The notes under the pieces were generated by a model that did no database searches, was not told the origin of the DNA, and worked only from the letters and a program-made list of their open reading frames with translations. Of a stretch of 64,000 bases of DNA, positions 41,032 through 50,218 are shown piece by piece. The stretch covers positions 4,092,001 to 4,156,000 of the forward strand of contig OX337229.1 of assembly GCA_946965045.2 (NCBI GenBank), read 5' to 3'. Source of the stretch: Epithemia pelagica. Taxonomy: Eukaryota; Protista; Bacillariophyta. The stretch's first letter is position 1. Every line of letters begins with the position of its first letter. The translations under genes and the position numbers were made by a program.

Positions 41032-42442
41032 AATGTGCGTCAGCGCTTGGCACGCTGGATGCTATCGCCAAGATGAACAAGACAGATTTCCAATCTTGGA
41101 AGCCGGCGATTTAGACGATGCCTTGTTGGATAGCGAGGGTCATGGCGAGATGGAAGATGATGAAAATCGCTTCCAGGAAGCAAGGGACGGGGACCACCTA
41201 ATGTGCCCTTTTCAGTGTGATTCGTGTACCTTCTATAACTTGAAGGGGCGATACGAGAGAGCGGATTCAGAACAAGATAAGTTGTTGGGTGTTTGCATCC
41301 GAAGAGCGATCCTGGACTCGTTTTGGGCGAGAGAGAGATCGACGGTTGAGAAGAACAATAGAGAAATGAAGAATCTGCGAGTCTTGGGCGAGACAATCGG
41401 TCTTGATGAACCACTACCAGAGCGCGGGCCATTCCCAATCGGAGACACGCAAGGAGTCGGAATCGCAAGTTTGATGCTGATGAAGACGTTAAGCGTCGGA
41501 AGAAACGCCAAGCACATTCAATATGAAACCGCGAGAAAAGTAAGGTCGGTGGTTTCGAACTTCGCCCATACATTGCCGGGATACTCTGGATTATCGACCA
41601 TGGGAGCAAGCGATCGGTCCTCGTTGACATTTACGGCCAGCCCTACAAACAGCCTGTGGTTTAAACGTTTCATGACTGGATGTCACCGCCGTATGGGTGA
41701 TGTCTGGATACCAGATCGAGCAGTCACGTTAGAGGAAGTCCATTGCGGCTTGGAAATCTTGGAGGGGGAATGGAAGAAATCACCTCAAGGACAACGACGA
41801 CTGGAACTGGCACTCACCGGCGCTTTAGTGGTAATCGGGTTTTGCGCAGCGTTAAGGGGGGAAGAAATTCCACAAGTGGATGTTGGATTGTTGCGAAAAT
41901 ACTGGATGGAGGGAGTCAACTACACACCGGCCCCGCACATACCACTGTCACTCGCAGGACGATTTAAACAGACCGATGGTACTTTTCGACTGTACATCCA
42001 GCCGCTCGCAATAAGGACAGGCTCGGGCATCGAGATACGGATTTGGATCGGTCGGGCCATAAAGGAACTTGAACTGAGAAAAGTAACAAACGGCCCAATG
42101 TTTCGCCGAGTCGACAAGGGAGGAAAAGCCAAACGAGCTCTCGTGGGCGACCTGGATTACCTGTTCCATAATTTATGGAAGCGCATCCAGCACAGAAGGC
42201 CTGACTTGATCCCGGACAATACCAAGATAGAGGAAGCGTTCAGCGCGAGACGGTCCTTCCGACGAGGAGCGACCACTACCGCTCAGAACCGAAAGATCAA
42301 AACTGAGATTATCGAAATGAACAATCGGTGGCGCAAACACATCAGGAGCCGGGGTGTGTTGCCTGGAATGAGCATGTTGGAACGATACTCCGATGCAAAG
42401 ACCGCCGTGGAAGCACTGATACAATTTTCGGCAGGTTTGTAA
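40982..42442 (+). CDS. Tyrosine recombinase with Cys/His-rich N-terminal extension (overlaps the end of pol)
   Basis: AALRGEE (R), RSFRRGATT (HxxR position), NNRWR (W), MLERY (Y); first ATG at 40982. Confidence 0.9.
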   Translation: MMGVVCANYGCTRGTSKMCVSAWHAGCYRQDEQDRFPILEAGDLDDALLDSEGHGEMEDDENRFQEARDGDHLMCPFQCDSCTFYNLKGRYERADSEQDKLLGVCIRRAILDSFWARERSTVEKNNREMKNLRVLGETIGLDEPLPERGPFPIGDTQGVGIASLMLMKTLSVGRNAKHIQYETARKVRSVVSNFAHTLPGYSGLSTMGASDRSSLTFTASPTNSLWFKRFMTGCHRRMGDVWIPDRAVTLEEVHCGLEILEGEWKKSPQGQRRLELALTGALVVIGFCAALRGEEIPQVDVGLLRKYWMEGVNYTPAPHIPLSLAGRFKQTDGTFRLYIQPLAIRTGSGIEIRIWIGRAIKELELRKVTNGPMFRRVDKGGKAKRALVGDLDYLFHNLWKRIQHRRPDLIPDNTKIEEAFSARRSFRRGATTTAQNRKIKTEIIEMNNRWRKHIRSRGVLPGMSMLERYSDAKTAVEALIQFSAGL

Positions 42443-42540
42443 ATGGGAATCAGGGCAGAAAGAGATCAAGGACAACGAGAAGCGGCGAAGCAAGAGAGTT
42501 GAGGACAAGAAAGAATGAAGAAGCGCATGCATAACCGAAA

Positions 42541-42973
42541 CGGGGGAATTGGCTCGTCACTACTCTTCCGAGTTGGGACTAGCTCGCTTGTCGTTGCCAG
42601 CTTGCCTGATGAAAATCAAGAATGAAATCCTCCAAACGTTGACCATGGCCTGGCAGCCTATGGAAGATACGGCAGAGCACTTGTGAAGATATTTCGAGGT
42701 GTCTCTGGCTCCGCACTGGGGTTTGGATTGGGATGGATACTTGGTTGGCGTCACACTCGCGCGTAACGGACAGACTGCGTCGGGATCCGAGTCCCGCCAC
42801 GTCTGGAGCGAATCACGATTCTCGCCCACCTTGGGAAAGGAGGGTGGAGGGCATAGCCCCCCCAGAGTATTGGTATGCATAGTAATATATATGTTGTATC
42901 TATTTGGAAGTGAGTCTCGTGAAGAGATTGTTGAGAGAGCACGTCCGTTGGATGAGAAGCGAGGAACTAGTAC
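42541..42973 (+). repeat. Split direct repeat B1 (433 bp)
   Basis: CGGGGGAATTGG...GAACTAGTAC; matches 43219-43642 except for a 9-bp indel. Confidence 0.9.
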
Positions 42974-43203
42974 CGCACCGTACCCCAAAGGTCAAGAAGG
43001 GACCGACGGACGAACGACGAAGAAGAATGACGTTGTCACTCAACAAGATCTCATCTCCACGTCAGGATTGGTTGGGTGAAGTTGCAAGATACTTCCCCAA
43101 CCAATCTCTACGGACAAAAGAATTCATAAGTTCACGAAAGGAAGTAACTGCAGTGAATACACGGATCTGATCACCCAGTGTTTTGTTGTGGTTTTTCTTT
43201 TTG
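42974..43203 (+). repeat. Split direct repeat A2 (230 bp)
   Basis: Abuts B1; its last 207 bp are identical to A1. Confidence 0.9.
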
Positions 43204-43218
43204 GCCCACCCACCCGCC

Positions 43219-43642
43219 CGGGGGAATTGGCTCGTCACTACTCTTCCGAGTTGGGACTAGCTCGCTTGTCGTTGCCAGCTTGCCTGATGAAAATCAAGAA
43301 TGAAATCCTCCAAACGTTGACCATGGCCTGGCAGCCTATGGAAGATACGGCAGAGCACTTGTGAAGATATTTCGAGGTGTCTCTGGCTCCGCACTGGGGT
43401 TTGGATTGGGATGGATACTTGGTTGGCGTCACACTCGCGCAGACTGCGTCGGGATCCGAGTCCCGCCACGTCTGGAGCGAATCACGATTCTCGCCCACCT
43501 TGGGAAAGGAGGGTGGAGGGCATAGCCCCCCCAGAGTATTGGTATGCATAGTAATATATATGTTGTATCTATTTGGAAGTGAGTCTCGTGAAGAGATTGT
43601 TGAGAGAGCACGTCCGTTGGATGAGAAGCGAGGAACTAGTAC
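43219..43642 (+). repeat. Split direct repeat B2 (424 bp), right terminus
   Basis: Ends at CTAGTAC, exactly where B1 joins A2. Confidence 0.9.
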
Positions 43643-43812
43643 TGTTTCGCGTGTGACACCAATGTCGGAACAAGCACTTTGATGTCTATATAGGCTAATT
43701 AGTGAGGAATTGGTGGAGTATAACGGTCACTAGCTAGTGCGTAGGATCGACTCCTAAGTGCTCCTCCTTTTCCAGACCAACACACCGACCACAAGAGACA
43801 AACTTCCAGGCA
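43643..43812 (+). repeat. 170-bp host direct repeat, right flank of the YR element
   Basis: Identical to 34417-34586. Confidence 0.9.
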
Positions 43813-43931
43813 GCACAGAAGGAAAACAAGGAGTAGTTCCAGTTCCATATTCCATCGGTAAGACAAGAATTTCGGGTGCCTGGATCATCTACTCGTATCC
43901 CATAGATCCTCATCAACCTAGGAACAGAATC

Positions 43932-44909
43932 ATGTTTCCAACCGCCACGCCCCTTGTCACCACATCCTTGGTGGCTTCGGCTGCCGTGACAGCACCTGCC
44001 GCGACCATTCCCATTGTCGCTGCTAGTACGATTCCCACACCAACTTCGTACGCCACAGCAACTTCTAGTGCTTCGACGTCCACGTCACCTTCGACTGTGA
44101 TGGCTCCTCCAATGGCTGGATTGGGAAAAATTGAACCATCCAATGACAATCAGCCACAACACAACTCTTCTTCCATTACTACACCACCATCGTCGCAGTC
44201 GCCGCCTCCCCAAGGATTGAATGGTAGCAACAACACCAACAAGTCTGCCGCTGCTCGTCGCATTGTCATTGTACCTCAACGAGCCGTGAACGGTGGTTTG
44301 GATTTCAAATTTGACTCTACTCATCCCGATCGGAGCAAGGTGCATCATTTTAGTGCACAAGCTATTTCGACCTTGAGCATGGCCGATTACGAAGGCGCTA
44401 TTCGACAAGTCAATGCCACCATCAAACCTGCTCGATCCACAGCCTTGGATACCGCTCTCTTGGTGACGGGTCCCTTTTGTGTCGTGCCCCTGGCTTTCTG
44501 GGCCGTGCGGCGTTCCCGACAATCCAAACAACGCAAACACTTGTTGCAACAAGCTATTTGGGAATTCAATCAACAGTATGGACCTGAACTGTACATGAAA
44601 TGGAACAAACGTACTAATGGACAAGAGGGATATCTCAGTATTGAACAGATGGATGCAGCAGTCGTCGGAGGACCCCATAAACAACAAACACTACCACCAC
44701 AAGCCGAAATGCATCCCCAACAACAAACACTACCATCACATATGGCAGTGGTTACGACGAATATGCCATCATCACATATGTCGTCCTCAGTTCCGCCACA
44801 GCAGCATCACGCACGTCCTCCACCACGAAGTATTGGAAGAACGGCTATGGCCCCTTCTCCTCCTTCTCAAGACACCAGGGCGTCAACGTTCCAGACCCGT
44901 GTGGTATGA
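43932..44909 (+). CDS. Erf4/Golgin-A7-like protein (copy 2)
   Basis: Two amino-acid differences from copy 1 seen (FDC/FDS, SHP/SPP). Confidence 0.55.
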   Translation: MFPTATPLVTTSLVASAAVTAPAATIPIVAASTIPTPTSYATATSSASTSTSPSTVMAPPMAGLGKIEPSNDNQPQHNSSSITTPPSSQSPPPQGLNGSNNTNKSAAARRIVIVPQRAVNGGLDFKFDSTHPDRSKVHHFSAQAISTLSMADYEGAIRQVNATIKPARSTALDTALLVTGPFCVVPLAFWAVRRSRQSKQRKHLLQQAIWEFNQQYGPELYMKWNKRTNGQEGYLSIEQMDAAVVGGPHKQQTLPPQAEMHPQQQTLPSHMAVVTTNMPSSHMSSSVPPQQHHARPPPRSIGRTAMAPSPPSQDTRASTFQTRVV

Positions 44910-45403
44910 TACCGCCAACCAAAAAGCAAGCTCCAACAAGCGAGAAGCCATGATCATTCTTGCTGAGATTACACGCACCTTTGCGACCTTTCAATCGGTT
45001 CCACAACAGCAACTGGAGTCGTGGTCATTCATCGCATAGCATTGGAAGTGTGCCGGACAAACTTGTGGCTTAGACAAGCCAAGACATTGTGAACCTGGCA
45101 TGAGGTGCGACGATAAGATGAGACCGTTGGAGTGTCAGAAGGATGCTATTGATGCTACGACAAGAACAACAATGGAGAGTTGATTAACTCAGAGTACAGC
45201 ATGTGCCCGCAAACAACTGGATGCTGTAAGCTATAACATTCATTGCTTGTTCTCCCTCCGTGAGTCCAATTTAGGGACTAGGTAGGTAGGTAACGACGTT
45301 GAATAGAAAGATGGCTTTGCCTCCTCTGGGATCAAAAAGATACAAATCGCTGAAGGGTCGCATTAGCTATTTTGCTCCTCTCGACAAAAAAAGAAGTAGC
45401 ACA

Positions 45404-47191
45404 ATGATGATGATGATGGTCTCTGCATCAACCACCACTCGTAAAAGTAGATGCAACATGAAACAGTCCGCTTCCTCTAGCATGTCGCGCAATTGTCAAT
45501 CGACTGGGGGGAAGCAACGATCCCGTTCTGCGTGTTGTTGGAATCGTCCAATGGTACCAAAACGGTTGCTGTTGTGGCCGCTACTTGCCATTGTCGGCTG
45601 CTCAATTGTTTATCAGAACGTCATTCGACTATTTCATTCTTCGATCATAGACGAATATGGACTTCAACAAGAAATAACGGCAACGTTTGGGGCGGATCGC
45701 CATTTCGTAGACCCAGTCAATCTTACCTCATCTTTTGGTTTGCTGTCCTCGGTGGCTGCTCCCAAGTCGTCTTTCCACAATTCCATCTCAACCAATCTAG
45801 AACAGAACCACAGATATCAACTTGATTGGGACAGTATCGATCGCGAAATGGAGAGGGCACGCATTGCATACAAAACGGTAAACAAGAATATCTTTTATCA
45901 TTCATCTTTGCAATATTCGAATATTCCGCAAATTCTCATTTTCACCCACAAGACAAATCTACTGAATCCAAAAGAGGCCGATCCTGGTGTGGCGTCAAAG
46001 TTTTTGCCCAACATTTGGAATACCATTCAAATCTACGTTTCAGCTTGGCAGGAACAACAGCAACAACATGATACGAAGAGAACCAAACGTAATGACAACA
46101 TGTCCAAGAACAACCTTAACAACAAGGGCAATTTCCACCGCGATATGCCTCGTGTGTGGTTTTTGGACAATGATGAATGTTTGCGTGCGATTGCCCTGGT
46201 GGAACCAAAATTCGTTCCCTACGTCCAAGCTGAAGTTCGAGGAGATTTTAAAGCCGATGTTTGTCGGACTGCGGCCTTGTACTTGTCAGGTGGCTATTAC
46301 ATGGATGCCGATCTGCAAGCGATTCAAGCCATGTTGCCTGCCGCCCAGACTCGGTTTGTGACGGCCATGTCCAACGAAGCACGATTCTTTAATGCCATTG
46401 TTGCCGTGGCTCCACGTCATGCCGTTTTGTACAATGCAATACAAATCATGCTACATTATTATCAACTCCAGGAACAAGTATCCGCTCGACATTATGAGCG
46501 CAGTGGTGGTAAACGACAGTGGCAAAATAATCAAGGCGCCGAGTTTGACTTGGATCCCCATCATCGATCTCATTCCAAGGCGAAAGCTGCGGAAGCGGCC
46601 AGTCAAACCTGGTGGAACTGCGCACGCGAGTTACAGGGCGAAGTCATGGTGAACTCGTTCTTTAGAACCGATAATGGCACGCCAGTTAATCGTCAACCAG
46701 CGGTGTGCAACATGTTGGAAGGCGGTGGGACGTTTGGTTTCATTGGTTGTTTTTCCCTCAAGGCGGCATACGATGCTCACTATAACCATGCCAACGATGG
46801 GGGGCAGGCAACCAAGTCTGACTCCTTGTTGTTGTTTGAAGATCGAATTCTTAGTCCTATTGAACAACAACAAAGCTATCCAAAGGTTCAATTTCAAAAC
46901 TATGGAGAGGGATGTTGTTGCAATTTTCTGGTACACGGTGGTGGTGACGATGGTGGTGGTGGTGGCAGCAGGAGGGAGTCACCAGCGCAACCCTCTTCGT
47001 CATCGTTTGATGTAGACCGAGCCTACTTCTTTTCACGTTTTGTCGGTGCCACAGACTTGTGCCGTGCCCCTACTGGTGTGACATCAAAACATCAATACCA
47101 TCAACTCCGAAAGACCCCACCTGCAGTAATGAACGACGTGGAGTATTTTCACTTGCCTTACTTTGCTCTTGAAGATCTAGAAAAGCACTAG
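45404..47191 (+). CDS. GT32-like DXD glycosyltransferase (paralog A, copy 2); alternative in-frame ATG at 45311
   Basis: Same motifs as 25172-26956 with many substitutions. Confidence 0.85.
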   Translation: MMMMMVSASTTTRKSRCNMKQSASSSMSRNCQSTGGKQRSRSACCWNRPMVPKRLLLWPLLAIVGCSIVYQNVIRLFHSSIIDEYGLQQEITATFGADRHFVDPVNLTSSFGLLSSVAAPKSSFHNSISTNLEQNHRYQLDWDSIDREMERARIAYKTVNKNIFYHSSLQYSNIPQILIFTHKTNLLNPKEADPGVASKFLPNIWNTIQIYVSAWQEQQQQHDTKRTKRNDNMSKNNLNNKGNFHRDMPRVWFLDNDECLRAIALVEPKFVPYVQAEVRGDFKADVCRTAALYLSGGYYMDADLQAIQAMLPAAQTRFVTAMSNEARFFNAIVAVAPRHAVLYNAIQIMLHYYQLQEQVSARHYERSGGKRQWQNNQGAEFDLDPHHRSHSKAKAAEAASQTWWNCARELQGEVMVNSFFRTDNGTPVNRQPAVCNMLEGGGTFGFIGCFSLKAAYDAHYNHANDGGQATKSDSLLLFEDRILSPIEQQQSYPKVQFQNYGEGCCCNFLVHGGGDDGGGGGSRRESPAQPSSSSFDVDRAYFFSRFVGATDLCRAPTGVTSKHQYHQLRKTPPAVMNDVEYFHLPYFALEDLEKH

Positions 47192-47940
47192 AAAGTGGGT
47201 AGAGCCATGCCATGAAAACGCTCCACCTTGCTGCCAGACCGAGTTTTCAATCAATCAAGTACAAACAAAAGCAAATGTGGTATCGCAATGATCACGAAGC
47301 AAAGGGTGGTTGAATCAATCTGGTATTGGCGGCAGCAACGACCCACCGTCACCATCTACATTGTCCTTTTTCTGCCGACAATGCCTATTTTTCGTCACGG
47401 CCTTTTGCCCTGTGTCGACTTCCTTTCAAGCCTCAGTATCAGCAACAACAACACAACATCTCCTTGTGCAATCAGCAACTGTTGTGGAGTATTTTCATTT
47501 GGCTATTGCTGTCTTGTCGTTCCAGAGGAATGCGACAGACTGTTCCTGGACAACAAGGAAGATAACAAGGACAGGATTAGGCCAATCTGTGAAAGTTATC
47601 ATGCCGTCCAGTGTAGAGGTACTCCTAAAAAGACTGGAACGTCATTTCTAGGAAGTTCTCTTGTCTCCAGTTCTCATCGAGTCCTGCCTAATGGGAGAAA
47701 TACGGTAGTAGGACGATGATGTGGCTATGACTAGCTATGATGGCTAGTGAGTAGTGAGAGGAGGAGAAATAGTGGACCCTTTCGGTCGCTCATTTTCTGT
47801 GTGCACCACACCAAGTTCAAAATGGTCATAGGCTTCTCTTCATCTCACTTTTTTGGTACTCGTTCTTGGTCCAGAACCATTCAATCGAACAAACAACGTA
47901 GAACACGGCGGAGCGTTTCGGCTTGTGGTTGAGATTTGAC

Positions 47941-49662
47941 ATGCGTATCATGGCATCAAGTGTTAGACGATTCCGTTCCAGGAAAATCGTCGGCAGTGAC
48001 TGTTGTTCGGTCAACCGTCCTCGAGATTCTGGCTTGTTGCACTCACAACGACAAAAATCTCGAACCTGGCGCGTCATCCTCATGTCGGCCTGTGTTGTCT
48101 GTGTCTTACTGACCTGGTTGATTCTGGTGATTTTAATCCTTTCAGTCTTCTCGTTTCGTTTCTCGCCCTTTGAGTGGTGGTCGTCTCGTGACGAAAAGAT
48201 TCCCTTTCCAACGGTTCCGAGCAAGGATCGGTATCAACTCGACTGGAAGGAGGACAGAATAATTTACAACAGCAATACCACTCCTGCAATGTTTCATCAT
48301 TCGTCCTTGGCACATTCACGAATACCACAAATTCTCATTTTTACCCATTCCACCAACTTGTTGTCGGTCGACAATGAAGATGCAACACGCTACGGACCCA
48401 ACATTTTGCGAAATATTGGGATGTACGTCAAGGCGTGGAATGAGCAATCTTTTGCTGAGATCAGCAATGACAACAACACAAACAATAATAAGGCAAATGA
48501 CAGACGAAACGACGTTGAGGACAAGCCTCGTGTGTGGTTTTTGGACAATACCGAATGCATCCAGGCCTTGGCCTTGGTTGAGCCAGCCTTGATTCCCTAT
48601 TTTGAACAAGAAACACAGGGTGCCTTTCGGGGGGATGTATGTCGGGCAGCGGCATTGTACTTGTCAGGTGGCTATTACATGGACGTAGATATGAAGGCCG
48701 TCCAACCCATCCAATTGCCGGTCACCACAACCTTTTCTTCTGCCTTGACCAACGAATGGCGATTTTTCAATTCCTACCTGGCCGTCGCACCCCGACATCC
48801 CATTTTGTACAATTCCTTGCAAATCATGTTGCATTATTATCAAGTTCAAGACTATCTCGTACAACATGAGCAAGATTTGGCAGAGGCCCAGCCACAATCA
48901 CAACAAAGTCTGTTCGGATCATGGTTTCGACGACGACGACGAAATCACAAGAATTTGTTTCGAACTCCGGCATTGGATCCAACGGCTTCTCTTGCCCAAA
49001 TTGCGGCCAAAGCCTTTCCCTCCTGGAAGTGCCCTCAGCGCTTGAGCAGCAATGACGATTCAATCATGATGGTCTTGCCGGCCGACCCAAAAGGCAGCCC
49101 AGCCCAACCAGCCGTTTGTACCATGACAGAAGCGGGAGACTTTGGCATGATTGGGTGCTACGCCCTAAAGGCGGCCTACGATTATCATTATCGTCGAAAC
49201 CCCAAACCTAATCATCCACAACCCAAAGAGAGTGCCTCTATACGCCGTGGCGTTGTGTCAACTAGAATTGAAGAAGAAGACTCTTTTGACTCACCCATTC
49301 AGAGGGGATCCAAACCACCAGACCAACCACTCAAGGACAAGGACGACGTTGTTCTGTTGTACGAAGACAATTTTAACGATTTGCTGGAGCGACTCAAGTG
49401 GTATCCCGACATGCCGTTTCAAGATGAGGGAGTTGGATGTTGTTGCAATTATGTTGTTCACGATCGAACCCATCGACAAGTGTACTTTTTTTCACGCATG
49501 GTGGGTGCTGGAGACTTGTGTCGTTCAAAAAGTGACATTGCTTGGTTGGTCACCGAAGGACGATTGCCCTCCTCGGCAGGTACAACAACCACCAACTCCA
49601 TACCCTTCAAAAACAAGTACAACTCGCAGGTGGAATACTTTCATTTACCCAAACCGAACTGA
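47941..49662 (+). CDS. GT32-like DXD glycosyltransferase (paralog B, full length)
   Basis: TM segment, IPQILIFTH, PRVWFLDNTEC, FRGDVCRAAALYLSGGYYMDVDM. Confidence 0.86.
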   Translation: MRIMASSVRRFRSRKIVGSDCCSVNRPRDSGLLHSQRQKSRTWRVILMSACVVCVLLTWLILVILILSVFSFRFSPFEWWSSRDEKIPFPTVPSKDRYQLDWKEDRIIYNSNTTPAMFHHSSLAHSRIPQILIFTHSTNLLSVDNEDATRYGPNILRNIGMYVKAWNEQSFAEISNDNNTNNNKANDRRNDVEDKPRVWFLDNTECIQALALVEPALIPYFEQETQGAFRGDVCRAAALYLSGGYYMDVDMKAVQPIQLPVTTTFSSALTNEWRFFNSYLAVAPRHPILYNSLQIMLHYYQVQDYLVQHEQDLAEAQPQSQQSLFGSWFRRRRRNHKNLFRTPALDPTASLAQIAAKAFPSWKCPQRLSSNDDSIMMVLPADPKGSPAQPAVCTMTEAGDFGMIGCYALKAAYDYHYRRNPKPNHPQPKESASIRRGVVSTRIEEEDSFDSPIQRGSKPPDQPLKDKDDVVLLYEDNFNDLLERLKWYPDMPFQDEGVGCCCNYVVHDRTHRQVYFFSRMVGAGDLCRSKSDIAWLVTEGRLPSSAGTTTTNSIPFKNKYNSQVEYFHLPKPN

Positions 49663-50218
49663 GGGACACCATACGGGATGTATTCGAAATGACTTTTGTT
49701 GTTGTTCTGATAGTTACACTATGCGTTGGTTCATACGTTTCTTGAATGATGAGCTCTTCTACAATGACTATCCTTTCGGTCACGAGCTAGAGTGGAGCAT
49801 GAACCGATTGCTTCTTGACGAACCACAACTTGAACGTTTCCTGCATGCAGCCTCATCCACCGTGTTCTACAAAGTGGTGGCAGTAGATCTTCCTACGGCT
49901 CGCTAATGCGTTGTTGCTTTCTTAAAAACTAATGGAAGTATCCTTGGGAACTGTTCTATTGCTATTAACTTTTTCCTAATACGAGGGCTTTCATCCCAGG
50001 GACGTTTGCGAAACCCAAAAGGACACTTTTATAACCAATAACACTCAGTTGTATCGCAGGACCGCCGTGGGGGCACACCGAAAGTACGAGTTTGGGACCG
50101 TGACGGCATCTGCCCCAATCCATCGTCTCCCTGCCCAAATCCATCGTCTCCATTCTTCTGTCCTTGGTATCTTCTGATTGCCTGTATGTATGCCGTGCAA
50201 CCTAACAAAAGAAGTCTG

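Larger units (their letters stand above)
34587..43642 (+). mobile_element. Tyrosine-recombinase (DIRS-order) retrotransposon with split direct repeats (PAT/Ngaro-type A1-ORFs-B1-A2-B2), 9,056 bp, long ORFs intact
   Basis: gag-like ORF, RT/RNase H/MT ORF, YR ORF, and a terminal repeat arrangement typical of split-direct-repeat elements. Confidence 0.93.
28267..48480. repeat. Tandem segmental duplication, copy B (contains the 9-kb YR retrotransposon)
   Basis: Colinear with 16700-28266 once the element, its 170-bp flank duplication and small indels are removed. Confidence 0.92.

Noticed and set aside
42541-43642. Possible LTR pair or CRISPR-like array
   Set aside because: The arrangement is A1...B1-A2-B2 (split direct repeats) with a YR and no integrase. 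There are no short repeat-spacer units or cas genes anywhere in the window.
42560-43682. Repeated 60-140 aa ORFs in the B and A repeats
   Set aside because: They are by-products of the terminal repeats; the 9-bp indel and lack of motifs give no support for coding function.
49720-49906. Protein-like short frame (MRWFIRFLNDELFYNDYPFGHELEW...) between convergent GT32 genes
   Set aside because: About 61 codons, no family match, and no splice evidence.
50029-50218. 21-bp tandem repeat and possible extra 3' exon of GT32-C (GDDGFGQGDDGLGQ)
   Set aside because: The only candidate intron is ~42 nt with a poor donor; cannot be supported without RNA data.
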